The position numbers and the translations under genes were made by a program. Below the pieces are notes generated by a model that saw nothing but the letters and a program-made list of their open reading frames with translations, was not told the origin of the DNA and did no database searches. Shown piece after piece: positions 25,411-39,900 of a stretch of DNA of 64,000 bases. Numbering within the stretch: the first letter of the stretch is position 1; the number at the start of each line of letters is the position of its first letter. Origin of the DNA: Proteromonas lacertae (lineage: Eukaryota); assembly GCA_002245135.1 (NCBI GenBank), contig NGBS01000011.1:1-64000 (forward strand). Direction: 5' to 3'.

Positions 25411-27643
25411 TTAAACAAACTCAGAAACATTCATTATCTGTTGTACTTTTTGTCTTTTATACTCTTCTCTAGCAGAACCAACCAGAAAACCATTACTTCC
25501 TTTTCCATTATTGCTTTGACTCTCTCTAATTTCTTTTCTTTGATTCTTTCCAAGTCTTTTCTTCTTCATCATTTCTTTTGGTTTTGACATTTCGGATATT
25601 TTCTGTGGATTTTCTTTCAATCCAAAACTTTTGGCTACATGCCCCAAATGAAGATTTCTAATATGAAAAATCAATTTTTCTTCTTTATTATGAGTTGCAT
25701 AAGCTTTAACCCAAGTTGTAAATGCTTTAATTGCTTGATTTTTTATTTCTTCACTACTTTCAACTTTCTCTAATATTTGGTTCTGTAGTGCAACAGCAGC
25801 ATCAATAGCATCCAAATACTGAATTGGATTCTTCGATTCTTTCTTTGAATCTTTCTTAGCAGGTAATGAAGATGGTTTAACAATCTGATTTTGTAGAAAA
25901 GAATCCATATCAATTGGTGTTAATTTAATATCTCTTTTCTCTAATAATTTACAATAATCCATCTCACCTGGTGCTAGAAATAATAATGAACTTCCACATT
26001 TACCTGCTCTTGCTGTTCTTCCTGCTCTATGCACATATTCACTGATTTCACTTGGTGGATCATATTGCACAATCCAATCAACTTTTGGCAAATCTAATCC
26101 TCTTGCAGCTACATCCTATTTTGAATAAATATAATAATAATAATAATAATAATATAAATACAGTACAAAATAATACACCACATTTTGTATCTATAAAATT
26201 GTGAAAGACTTCCATTCTTTCTGCTTGATTGATATTACCATGTAATCTGCATAATTTATTATTATTAACAATATTTACATCTTCACAACCAGGCCAATCT
26301 AAACAATGAAATAAACTATATATTTAAAAATTAAAAAAAGAGTTAATAAATACTTGTAATGAAATTCAACAGAATCAATAGTTGCAAAAAATATAATTAT
26401 TTTATAATCCTTTTTATTATTGTTACTCATATATTGATGTACAAATGCCATTAAAGTGAATAATCTAAACTTTACTGGAACACAAACAACGTGTTGGATT
26501 AATTGCTCAGGTAACATATATCTATCTTTCAATACATTTAATGTAGTGTCATTACTGATTGAAACAGTTCTATAATTTATATTAATAATAATTATACTTT
26601 GGATTTGTTAAAAGTGATGATGCTAATTTAATTATATCATCATTTAAAGTTGCACTACATAATATTGTTTGATATTGTCTTTTTTCATTTTCAACCGTTT
26701 CTTCTTCTTCTTCCATTTCTTTCTCTTCTTCTTCTTTTTCTAATTCTGATAATGATGTAATATTATTATTTTCACTTAATTTATCTTTTATTCTTTTCAA
26801 TATATCATCTATTTGTTTCTTAAATCCCATATCCAATAAACGATCAGCTTCATCTAATATCAAAAATTTGAGTGGTTTTATATTTAACGACTATATTTTT
26901 TAAAACATAATGAATAGAATATATACATATGTTGAGTCTAAATGATCTAATAATCTACCAGGTGTAGAAATAATTATATTTATTCCTTTTCTTATTCGAT
27001 TTTTCTCACTTTTCTTCTTTTCACCACCACTGATTATTCCAGCAACAATCCAGTGGTATTTGTGGATGAATTTTGATAATACATCATATATTTGAACACA
27101 TAATTCTCTTGTTGGACATAAGATAATACAATAACTTCCATCATTTCGCTTTATTTTTATATCTAACATTTTTTGTATCACTGGTAATAAATAGGTTAAT
27201 GTTTTTCCTGAACCTGTTTCACTCTTTACTAATACATCATTGCCTGACATTATTACAGGAATACCTCTTTGTTGTACTAATGTTGGAACTGTTAGATTTA
27301 AACCTTCATTATTCTGAATGAAATCACACAATGATTCATTTAATCCTAAATCACTAAATTTACCTGTAGAATATATATGCTCACTCTTGTGAACTTGAAA
27401 TGGCTTACTAAAACCTCTAATGATTTTTTCTTTTTCTGATTTTGTTTTAGGATGGTTCTTTCTACTTATTTTCCCATCTATAGGCTTTTTAACATTATTT
27501 GAAGATATTCCTGATATTGTTTTTGCCTTTTTAGATTCACTAGATTCAGCAGATTCTTTTATTTTTCGTTTTTGAGCATTTTCTATCTCAATCTTTTCTT
27601 CTACAGGTTTAGGTGGGAGATCAAAAGTTATATTCAATTGCAT
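25411..27643 (-). CDS. DBP7: DEAD-box RNA helicase DBP7/DDX31-like
   Basis: SETGSGKT, CPTREL, STPGRLLDHL, DEAD, SAT, DVAARGLD, YVHRAGRTARAG, C-terminal LHLGHVAKSFGL and terminal SEF. Confidence 0.92.
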
Positions 27644-27884
27644 TTAGAAAAATGAAAATGATAAAATCAAACTACGTAATCGAGCCTAATTTATATTTTT
27701 CTAATTTCTCAATCTTTAAATTATTTAATTGACATAATATTTTAGCAAAATGCCTATATGAAATTAGATAAATATATATTGACAATTATAGAAAGATTTT
27801 TGAAATAACTGTTAAAATCTAAATTGAAAATACAAGCTTGATTACCAGGTTTGATAAACAAAAAAACCGAAATAGGAATTAGAG

Positions 27885-30853
27885 ATGTCTTCATACGATG
27901 ACGAGTCTTTAAATATCATCAAAGAGTATTTGATGAACGCCAGACTTACCAAAACCCTTGATGTTCTGAAATCTGAGATTGAGGAACAAAATGTATAACT
28001 CTGTTTTGTAATATATAGTCAATTAAAAAAGCTATAAAAGGTAAAGGTAAATATCAGGCTGTAAACAGTAAATTTAATGTATTTTCGGAATTTCTATAAA
28101 TTCTCTGTAGGCTATACTTTTAACATCATTTGATAAAGGCAAATATGATCAATTTTTTACTACATACAACAGATTAATATCAACACAACAGAATAAGAAT
28201 CGAATAGTTAGTTTGACATTTTACCTCCATGTCTACTTTGCAATATACTATTTTCATCCAGAAATAGTCGATTATTATGATGGTAACAATGCGAAGTTAA
28301 AAATCGAAAGAGTCAAAGCAATGAAATTCTTTGCTGATTATCTCAATAAGAATGTTAAAAATCTATCTCAATATCCAGAATATTTAATATTTTATAGTTT
28401 ACCACATATTCCCAATCCAGTAGATCATCCATCATTTTCAGTATAAAAATATTCTATTTTTTTCATTTATTATTTTTAGTCATATTTCAATCCAAAATGG
28501 ATCAAGTCATTAAGAAAAGAATTAAGTGATATAATAGCACAACAACAACAAGCTGCACCAAAGATAACAGAATCTCCAGCAAAACCGAATTTTAGAATAA
28601 TGAAAGTGATTAATGGAAAACAGTTGAAATCTAATACTTCAAGATCTTCAATCTCTAAAATATCACCTCCAAAATCCACTGGTTATAATTTAAATGATGA
28701 ATTAACAAAGCGAAGATTTAAAGAAGTAAGACTAATCATACAACTGATTTATAATTTGTGTAAAAAGTTGTTAGTTTATATTCATAACAATCGACAAAAT
28801 GTATATCTATTTTATTATTTAATTTTTGATTTGATTTATATATAGAGAGAAGAGGTGAGATCATATGACAATGAATTTCATTCAATTTATAGTAAATTAG
28901 TAAGTTACAAAATAGAAGTTGAAGAAATCTGTGGAGATGAAAGTTCAATTGATGAAGAAGATGAATTTATTGATGATTTCTTAGCAGTGAATGATGAAAT
29001 GAATAAACATCCACAACCACCTCAACCACTTCCACAACAACAACAACAACAACAACATAGTAAAAGAAAGGGAAAAGGAAGAAACAGTAAATTTAATGAT
29101 GAATTTGGTGATGATTTTGATGATGATGAAGATCAATTAGAATGTAACAGTAGTATAATAATAGCATCATCACCTCAACATATCCAACAACAACAATCTA
29201 ATAAAATGATTAAAGTATCCAATTCTCCAAATAAATATAAGAATGCTTTGCCAATGGTTACTCCAGTAATGAAAGGTGGAAGAAGATATGTATAAATTAT
29301 ATTATAATCATTTTTGTTATATAAATAGTATCAACAGAATGATATTGATATAAATTATGACTTAATCAAATACAAATTAAGAGATTATTCTATGAATCCT
29401 TCAGAAATAAGTGATATTCAATGTTGTTTAATATTTGAGTCATTGAGATGGAGAATAACAAAGATAGAAAGTGTTGAACAAAGGAGAATTAATTTAGAGA
29501 AATATATAAGTGTCGATGTATGTGAAAATGGTTCAAATCTATTAGATTTATTGATTAATAATAGTTCAGGTATATATATATTTATATAATAATATATTGT
29601 AATGAATAGATTTAATAAGTTGTGCTACGTTAAGATTTATCAATATAATTTCATCCTATTCAATGACTAGGAGATATTTGTTGAATAATATCAATCTTCC
29701 TGACTCACTAATAAGGAAAATATTAAAGAAAAGAAGTAAGAGAAATAAGAGTTTACAAAGAAGAATAACGAAATATTTAATTATAATTTTACAGAAATTC
29801 TCACTCAATAGAAGATTTGAAGAAAAAATGATAGAAAATAACATATTAATATGGATTTTAGATTATATCAATTTATATAAGAGTGAAATGGATATTATCA
29901 CATCTGAATATTTATTGGCTTTATTAATGAATTTATCACTAAGGAAAAGAGGGAAAATAATATTAGAACATTATAGTGATGAGATTATTGAGATATTATG
30001 TAGTTATTTAAAATCATCAGAAAGTGATCAATTACAATATTTTGCTTTAGGTACTTTATATAGTATATTAAGTAGAAGTATAATAAGAGAGAAAGCTATG
30101 TATTTAGGAGTAAATAGTTTGATAGAAAGCTTGTTATTGAATAGTGTAGGAAGTGATAGAGACCATTATAAGATAATATTAAATCTATTGAATAATCCAA
30201 GTGGTAAAGATGAAGAAGATGAAGATGAGAATGAAATAGAAGAAGATATAGTGCAAAGTAATGAATTAGAGAATAATAATGAGAGTGATAGTGAAGATGA
30301 ATTGTATAGTGATATAAAAGGAGATAGTTATTTATGTAAATACTTTAATGGAGGTGGAAATAGAGGAGATAATAGTGGAAGAAATAATGGATATAATGGT
30401 GGTGGTGGTGTATCAAATAATTTATATATAACTCCCAATAGCAATCATATTCCTCTTCCTCCTGATATTAATGAACCGCCTCCTCCATCTACATCAACTG
30501 ATAATAATAATAATAATGATCATATTAAAGGCAAAATGTCACCAATTGATATACATAAGATGAGAGAAGGACAGACGAATAATAATAAAGATGAAACTCC
30601 TAGAAGAATATCAATAGATAATGATGGAGTGAATGTTGCAAAGAATTTGACAAATATAAATGGAAATAATAATAATAATAATAATAATGTCAATAATACA
30701 AGTAAACCACCAACTATAAAACCAAATGAAGCTCCTCAATATATGAATGATCCAGAGTATTTGAAAGTATTTGAAAAAAGAAGTAAAATCGCTAGAACTC
30801 CGTTAGATAGAATGAGATTGAGAGAAATGAATAGGAATAATATACCTAGATAA
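27885..30853 (+). CDS. ARMC9: LisH plus armadillo protein, ARMC9-like (cilium/basal body associated)
   Basis: N-terminal LisH (IIKEYL...KTLDVLKSE), FYLHVYFAIY, FYSLPHIPNPVDHPSF, SLRWRIT, LQKFSL, EYLLALLMNLSLRKRGK, GTLYSIL. Confidence 0.8.
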
Positions 30854-30981
30854 GCTTAAATCATATATCTTTATATTTTTTTAATGTATATTAATTTTTT
30901 TTTACAATCTAAACCAAATTCACAGAAATGATTAACAAATGAAAGAAAAAATAGAATATAATATACTATTTTATATTTAAT

Positions 30982-33900
30982 TTATACAATTTTAATCTTC
31001 TTCAATCCTTTGAGACTAGCTGTATTATAATTATGAGCATCCTTGTTAATCACAGGTGGTTTATTATCATTATCACTAGAACCAATTGAATTCATCGTTT
31101 CTTCTCTCTTTAATAACGTTTTACTATATTCCATCATTGTAGCACAACTTCCTCTCTTCATTCTGGCAGTAGCAACAGCAGTACTGAGTGGTAATTGAAC
31201 TAAAGGATTTCCATTGGTGGATCTTGCTGTTGGATGGCTACTTGTGCTGTTTTTATTATTATTTGTTCTGGCTGTTGGTGTTGGTTGACTTCCTTGACTC
31301 ATCATTGATTTTCTTCGACTATTTTAAATGAATAAATAAAATAAAACAATATAATAATATATTATATATACTTTCTTTCTTCTTCAGATTTCTCTTGACA
31401 TACCCAAAATGCAAAGTTTGAAGCTAACAAACTCTTACATAAATCTCTAACAGATGCAAAATAATCAAACATAGCAAAATATAATGGATGAACTATAAAT
31501 CTCATAAACTTCATTTGTACTATTGCAATATCTGCCTTTCCTCTTTCCATGTTTGGTGATATATCCATTCCTAAAGCCATTTCTCTATCTCCTTGTTTAT
31601 AATTCTCATTAATTAATGCATTTGCCCAGGATTTATAAAGTGAAAATGATTTTGCTGGATTACTAATATCTGATGCTTTTATAAATAATGTCATTATATA
31701 TTCTTTACTTTTATCATCATCATAATTAATCTTATTGTCAGGACTAAAATATTCTCTAAATTCATTAATAAATGACATATTAAATTCCAATGATGTAAAT
31801 AATATCAAATGTTTAATCAAATTCTTCATATACTCCTGTTCATCTGGTGTAAAGTAATCTAATAAACTCAAATCTACCAATTTTTGACTCATGTATTCTA
31901 ATCCTAAATCAGCATGATAAGCTTCTAAACACCATTTGAAATTATATTTCACTGTTCTTTCGTCGTTTGTTTTACACATAAAATCATATGTTACACCAGG
32001 ATGATCAATATCATGAAGAATTGCAGCTGTTAATACAGAGAATATATCTAAAGTGGACAAGTATTGATCAGCACCAGTTACAGAAAGAAAACAATGAACT
32101 GTTTGTAATACATCAGTTACTATATAAATAAAATAAATAATAATAATATATAAATATATACCATGCATAACATTATGATATGGATTATCTTTATGATAAG
32201 CATTTTCTACACGATTTAAGAACATATGAAAAGCATTTAAATCAATATTATATTGCTTTAGCAATCCTCTTTGTTGGAAGATGGAACTAGCTACAAATTT
32301 CAATCCTTCTCCTTCACAACACATATTGCAATTAAATACATCAAAATCCCATGAATCTAACTTTGTAAATAAATATCTAATCTCTTTATTATCACCAAAT
32401 CCAAGGCTTAAAATGATTTCTTTACCATCATCATCAATAGCATCTCTTGTTGGTCTGCTCATAGCAATTGTACTTTTAATTCTGGTTGAATGTCTTGAAC
32501 TACTTAATACTGATCTTTTACTGGCTTTTAAGAACTTTGTTATCATTCTATCTACTACACAAGCAGTACAGATAAATTCTTGTTCTATAAACATTGTCTT
32601 GATATCTTCATCAAAAGGTAAATTCATTATTTCATCAATTGCATAAATACCTTCACTTGTATTACTATAAGTAGATGGTCTTTTGGATAATGCTTTTGCA
32701 CCATTTGGAGTTGGTGGTAATTGATGATTTCTAGTGGATTGAATCATCACTGGTTGATGACAATTTGGCTGTATTACTGTTGGAACTATTGCAGTTGGCA
32801 TTGGAGGTGAATTGCTACATTGTAAAGCGATTGTTTTATTACCAAAACCTGCACCAGCTATTGTAGGTTGATTGAGATTAGGAGATTGTTGTATTGGTTG
32901 TGATTGATCTGCTTCTGGAGCTGTCTTTTTATCATTATTATTATTATTATCAACAGAATTAGTTGGTGTAATTCTACGAGGATGAAAACAAGAGAATAAT
33001 CTTCTCACAAAACTTTCTTTCTCAGTACCATTATTGTCAATGTTATTATTATTATTATTATTATCAACTTCCATTGTTATTCCATTTCCATCATTTTCAG
33101 TGTTCTTATTTCCTTGATCTGTTCCTATACTACATCTTCTCATTGATTTAAAACCCATTTTACTTTTGCGAGGTTCAGGCATTATTTTCTCCTCTTTACC
33201 ACTTTGACTATTTGTATTTAAAGATGCTCTATAATCAATTCCACATAATTTACAGTAATATTTATGAGCTGCTACTGTATCACCACCTAAACGAGTATGT
33301 CTGTAGAAATGTATCTTATATGTATCTAACATTTCTAATGGAACATTCTCTTGTATTAAATTTGTTTTGATATACTCTAAAGCTGTATTATGAAGTCTTT
33401 TTCTTTGATCATGTAACATCTTATGATATATAATATTTCTAATTACTATAGCTGTAAATGTATAAAACCTATTTTGTAATGGCTCAATAGCTTCAGGAAC
33501 TTTAGTTGTTTGTATTACACTTAATGTATCACTATCTTTCATCGTATAAGGAACAATTAAATTGAATAATTGTAATGTGTTAACCAACTCCATAAAATTC
33601 TGTGCATATTCTTCATTCGCTACTCTTTTGGGAAATATATGAGCAACAAATGCCAATTCAAAGCAACCAGTAAAACATCCACCACCTGTAGCAATTACAG
33701 CAGCTGTTTTTACTAATAGAAATTCCATTGGTTTTAATCTATCCAAGTATGTTGAAATTGTACGAGTTATTCTGTAAGGAATTGGTAAGGAGATTTCTTC
33801 TTCTTCATTATCTTCTCCTCTTGGATCTTTTACACTTAAATAACTTTCACCAGAATCAGAATCCACTTCCTTTTGAATTATATTAGCAGTATGTAATGCT

Positions 33901-36197
33901 TTTAACCATTTACATATAAATAATGGATTTCCACCAGTAAATCTATCAACCATATAAGTTAGATCTTTATTCACATGATTTACTTTCATTTCACTTTCTA
34001 TTAATAATTTCACATCTTCACAACTATAATAATCTAATTGTAATAAACCAGTATCTGGTAGTTGAATCAATTGAAAATATTCTCTACAAATTGGATTAAA
34101 TGCAGGTGCATATCTCTCACTATGAAGTGGTCTAGTTGCTAATATCATTAACAGATTTTCACTCCTTTGACAACTTGCAATATAATAACAAATAGACCAA
34201 TCTCTATCACTCATCCATTGACATTGATCTATTAATATTAATAATGGATTAGTCAAAGTATTGATAACATGAATGACTAATTCGCATTCTTTAGATTCTA
34301 TATCTGCAGCAGATTCAGCAGCTTTTCCAGTGGAAAAGAGATTATCTTTTTCTATCTTTTCCAAAAAGTATGCCTTCTTTTCTTCACTTGTATGATGTAA
34401 TAACTTAAATATTAATTGTTTCCATACAAAACATCTCGTACTCATATTAAAACTATCTGCTTTACCATCACATATAATAATTTCTTTACTAAAATCAATC
34501 TTAAATGATTCTGAATCTGTGGATGTTGATAAAACTTCTAAGTTCTGTTCTCTCTCTATTTGTTTAGAGTTTACATATTCTCTTATTTTCTCCAACATTA
34601 TACTTTTCCCTGTTCCAATGTCACCTGTAATCATAATAGTTCCACTTTGTGGTTTTGGCTGTGTTAATCGATAAAGTCTTTTCTTTATTTCATTCATTTG
34701 TACAATCATTGAACCTGTGTCTATTAAATGTTCATGTAGGAAATCGGTGCTTTTAAAGAACATATCTGTATGAGGATAATAAACGTGATAGATTGGAACT
34801 GGTTGGGCTTTACCTTTTAATTTAACAGGTTGTAAACTAATAAATCTCAATCTTGGATCAGCTTCAGCAGAATCTTTCGTGGCTTGATCTAATAATATCG
34901 AGCCACAAACATCTTTACCATTTGCTTTGACAAACTTTGAAGCCATTTGCATCAATCTTGCAGCTGTATTTACCACATCTCCTAATACTCCATATTCTTT
35001 ACGACTACCAGCTCCTAAACATCCACAATGAGCTATACCTGTTGTAATACCAACATAAGGACGATATCCTAACGATTCTAATCGACTAACTAAGGTTAAT
35101 GCTGATAAAACTGCTCTTGTTGGATCATCTTCATGAGCTAATGGAGGTAAACCAAAACAAGCTAATAGTGTGCTGCCTTTATCATCCACTAAAAATTTAT
35201 TTAAACTTCCTTCATAATCATATAATGAAGCTTGAACTGCTACTAAAACATCTTGAACTTGTTTTAATTGCATATCTTTAATTTCAATTAATTTACTGGC
35301 CTTTAAACCAACATTTACAAACAATATTGATAGTGTTCTTAAATCAGCTGCCCAATAAGCTGCATCTTTCTTCATATAAGGGATAATAGCACCTGGTACA
35401 AAAGCTTTAATATCTTCATTCACATCATCTTTTTTACCTCTTTTTAAAGAAACCATTCTCTTTTGTTGAACTATATGCTCTAACTTTACACAACCAGCTG
35501 GTAACGCTGTTCCTTTCATTGATTGCTTGACATATTGCCAAGCTTCTAATGATAACACAACATCACCTGGATTACAACGTTCTTCACAATCGAAGGCTTG
35601 TAATAGTGCTGGTCCACATAATAAATATTCTAAACGATGAAATTCACCTCCCACAATCAATAAATAATTTGCACCACAACCTATACCACATTTTACTCTA
35701 AATACGACATCTTCACCAATTGCGCAGTTATGAAGTTCTTTTTGTATTTCATAAGCACATTGTGCTGCTCTATGTACACTAGTCTGCATGTCCCACTCGG
35801 TACTGGAGAGACTAGACCAAATTACAACAACTGCATCACCAACATATTTGAATACATCACCTCCACACTTGGTAGTGATACGCACTAGAGATTCCCAGTA
35901 GTTATTTAGATAGACTACTAGTTTTTCTGTTCCAGAAGATCCTTGACTGGCTAATTTCTCACTTAGCATTGTGTAACCACTAATATCAGCTATGAAAATA
36001 ATAAAATAAACAATTTTAAATAATACCAAACATAGAAACAGTCTCAATCTTTCTGCTAGTAGGAACTGTTAGTTCCTGTTTTAGTTCTTTATTCCTGATT
36101 AAATATTGAACAATACAATCTATTAATAAGATTATAAATACTAGTCTCTAATACCTGGCACGAAATCTTCGTACTTTGCTAAATTATCAACACTCAT
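30982..36197 (-). CDS. Soluble-type adenylyl cyclase (two class III domains plus P-loop NTPase) fused to a C-terminal class I cyclic-nucleotide phosphodiesterase
   Basis: C1: FADISGYT, GGDVFKYVGDA. C2: LFVN, NKFLVDDKG, EYGVLGDVVNTAARLM. Walker A GDIGTGKS; Walker B-like LILIDQCQW. PDE: YHNVMH, LHDIDHPG, KASDISNP, QGDRE, Q. All domains lie in one open frame (31362-36047). Confidence 0.9.
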
Positions 36198-36914
36198 TTA
36201 TATTATTAGTTTAATTGAAATACTATAAAACTTATGAATGAAAGATTATATATTATAAATAGATTAAGAAAAATTGTCGTTATTCAAATAATAAATAATT
36301 ATTTGGCTTGAGATTTGTATAACCGACATATAAACAATTCTGAATTTCATTAATAAAAGATTAATATTAGAAGTGATTGATTCAGTAGATTATGTGCATT
36401 TAATACTGTTAAACTGAATAATAATATTGAAAAGAGTTGTGAAGTAAATGTAGATTATTGTTCTTTTATGCTGAATTAAGATTAAAAAAATACAACGCTG
36501 TAGTAAAAGTAATAATATAAATTACTAAATATCATAGAATCCAACTTTACACAACAAAGAAAAGGTTGAAAACCACTTCTATTATCAAATTTTATTTAAT
36601 CATTAAGCTTTATTTTCATTAAATCCACTTATGTGGTAGAAAACATCTTCTTTCTCTCTCTTTTGCATTATTAAAAATATTATCATTTTGAAACGGATAA
36701 ATTTTATCATTTCATCCCAATTTTGTACAGGATTATCAAATCTAAGACTATTTATTTATTTATTTGCTACTATACTAAGTAATCACAAGCAAAAATAGAA
36801 GAAAAAAGATCAAAAATTGTTAATACACCAGATAGTTTAGAAGAATTTTTTTTGCTGATTTAACAGCTTAGATAATTTTTAAAAAATACATACATCCCTA
36901 GATTCAGCAAATTA

Positions 36915-39900
36915 ATGGACAGCTTCTCGCATATAGAGAATGAAGGAAAAGACAGGTGTTGTGAAATTTGTTTTGAATGTAATAAAGAACAACTCAGTAG
37001 CAATCTAATGCAATGTAGTAGTTGTGGATTTACTGTACATAAGGAATGTTATTATGACAATTGTGATAGTGAAGAGGAAGAGTTTATTAATAATGAATTA
37101 TGGCTATGCGACCGGTGTAAATATGAGAAAAATAGTGGAAATATTCCATTAGAATGTCAGATATGTCATACAAATGTATTTTTTTGTTTTATCTAATATT
37201 TTATAGTTGAAAGATATAGGAATGAAATATTATAAATATTATAACAGTTATTATCACATATTCTGTCTATATTCCTATTATAATAAATACATAATTCAAA
37301 ACGAAAAGAATAAAGAATTACCATCAATTACTAATGAAAATGAATGTATAATGAATGAGAAATGTAAGTGTAAAGAAAAGAAACAAATATCAACAATCAC
37401 TTGTAATAATACAAATTGTACTTGTTCATTTCATCCTATATGTATATTATATAATAAAAACTATCAAATATTGGCTAAAATGGAAGAAAATCAGTTGATA
37501 AAATATGAAATATACTGTGAGAAACACCATCATTTAGAAAGTGATATTTTGAATAAAAATATTAACGGTATTTTGATAGGAAGAAAGAATAATATATTGA
37601 TGAATGAAAATAGAATAGAAATTCCACCATTAGTAAAACTAGAAACAACAATAATTACAACTGATATGAATAAAATGGAAATGAAAGAAAAAGAAGAAAA
37701 AGAAAATGCAAATGATCAAAACCAATTACCATTACCTCCTCAATTAGATCTTCAATCCGTAGCAGATAATAATACAACAACCATAACAACTGATTCTACA
37801 GATATAACATCAACTACTAATACAACATCTGTAATATCTCCAGAAAAAACAAATCTCGCTAATTTCTCTAAATATGTAAGTTTAGAAAGTCTATTAAAAG
37901 GAAAAAGAGGAAGGCCTAGAAAATATGGTTTACCTCCAATGAGTATAATTCCAAATAACAATCTCAAATCAGTAGAAGGTGCTTTAATCAGTGGAAGTTA
38001 TGAATTATTCTATAAAGATGAATGTCAAAAATGTCCTTTAAACGACGAATCAAAAAGAAGTGAGTATGAAATTAGAATCCAAAATATGTGGATTAATCTA
38101 CCTCAAGATGTTAAAGATGAATATGAAAAGAGGTTTATTAATAATGTTATCTTCAAATCCAAACATAATGGCAACTCTCCAGCCAATCATAACAACTCAA
38201 ATTATTCATCTTCTCCTTACAATTCTTCTTATAATGGAGGTAATATGAAATCGAATAGTTCTGATAACTTTAAGATATTTAGTAATTCATCTTTAGCTTC
38301 AGCAAATAATGGTAGTAATAGTGGAAATAATATAAACAGTAGAAGGAGTTCTAAGATAGATAATAAACATAGATTTAGTTTTGGCAATAATAATAATAAT
38401 ACAAATAACAATTTAAATATAAGAAATAATAATTTCATAAAATCACATTCAAGTACATTGTTTTCTTCAACAAATTCACCATTACTAAGTTCAAATCATC
38501 GAAATACAAGAAGCAGTACAATTAACAGTAATAATAATAATAATAATAATATTATGAATGATAATGAAGAACCAGTACATAAAATCAATTTAAGAAGTCA
38601 TTCACTGCCAATGAATAATAATAGCAACAATTTCTGTGATTCAAATACATTAATAACTCCAAAATCAAGTGGAAATTCATATTTACATTTTTCATTTCCA
38701 GTATCCAATACTGATTTTAATCAACAAGTGATTGATCCATATTATACTGAAGTGGATAATAGTTTGTTAGAATTAGAAGAAAATAATGAAACTTATTTCC
38801 AAGTACCTCCACTTGGTGATGGTTTAAATATGTTAAATTTTCAAACTAATCAATCTCCAATACATTTAAATTTACCTCAAACTTCATCAAACCTTAATAA
38901 TAATACTTCTAGACAATTATTACTATCTCCAACTAGTCCTACATCCTCATCTTTATTTACATCAATTTCACCATCATCCATTACTTCTTCTTCTTCTTCT
39001 TCGCATAGTAGTCAGAAATATAAGAAATTAATAGGAAGGGTAACCCGATCACCGAAATTAGGAATACCGAAATTACACAAATTGATATTGAGACAGGTGA
39101 AGAATAATATTATCAATTCACTTACACAACAACAACAACAACAATATTCACCACCTTCTTTACAGAATTCAACCTCATCTACATCAACACAATCATTACT
39201 ACAAGATGGAAATAATTCATCATCTTCAACAATTAATCTCAATGTCACAAATACTGCTCCTAATACTATACAAAGAATGGATTTTGGTGATAATGAAATT
39301 CCATCTCTTCAAGAACAAATCAATGCAAAATATCCCAAATTAATTGTTCCAGAAACATCCCGAATAACTGTATTATTCCGTGGATTAAGAAAAGTAAAAT
39401 GTGTTTATGATTTTAATCATTGTATTGAACCAGAATTACATTTATTATCACCTTCTTCTATTCCAACTCATATTTTATTAAACCAACAACAAATGCAGCA
39501 ACAGATACAACAACAACAACAGTATCTACTACCTCCATTTCAAAAATCAAAATCTCATATTAGCAAACAACAACAACAGCAATTATTTGTACAATACCAA
39601 CAGACACAGAATATATTGTTACAACAACAACTTCAGCAACAACCAGCAAATTTACCACTTGTATCAAATGCAAATTATAAAATACCATCACTACCTGTAT
39701 TTAAGTTAAGAAAAGGAATGGATTGGATTCCAATTGATTTTTTAATGAAAACTTCAATCGATGAAATTTCTTCACAAATGAAGTTGGAATATAATCGAAG
39801 TAATAATTCAAACAGCAGTTTTATCCATTCATTATTAATAGATAACTATACTCCCAATAAAATTGATATAAATAAAGAGTTTTTAATAAAAGTGGATAAA

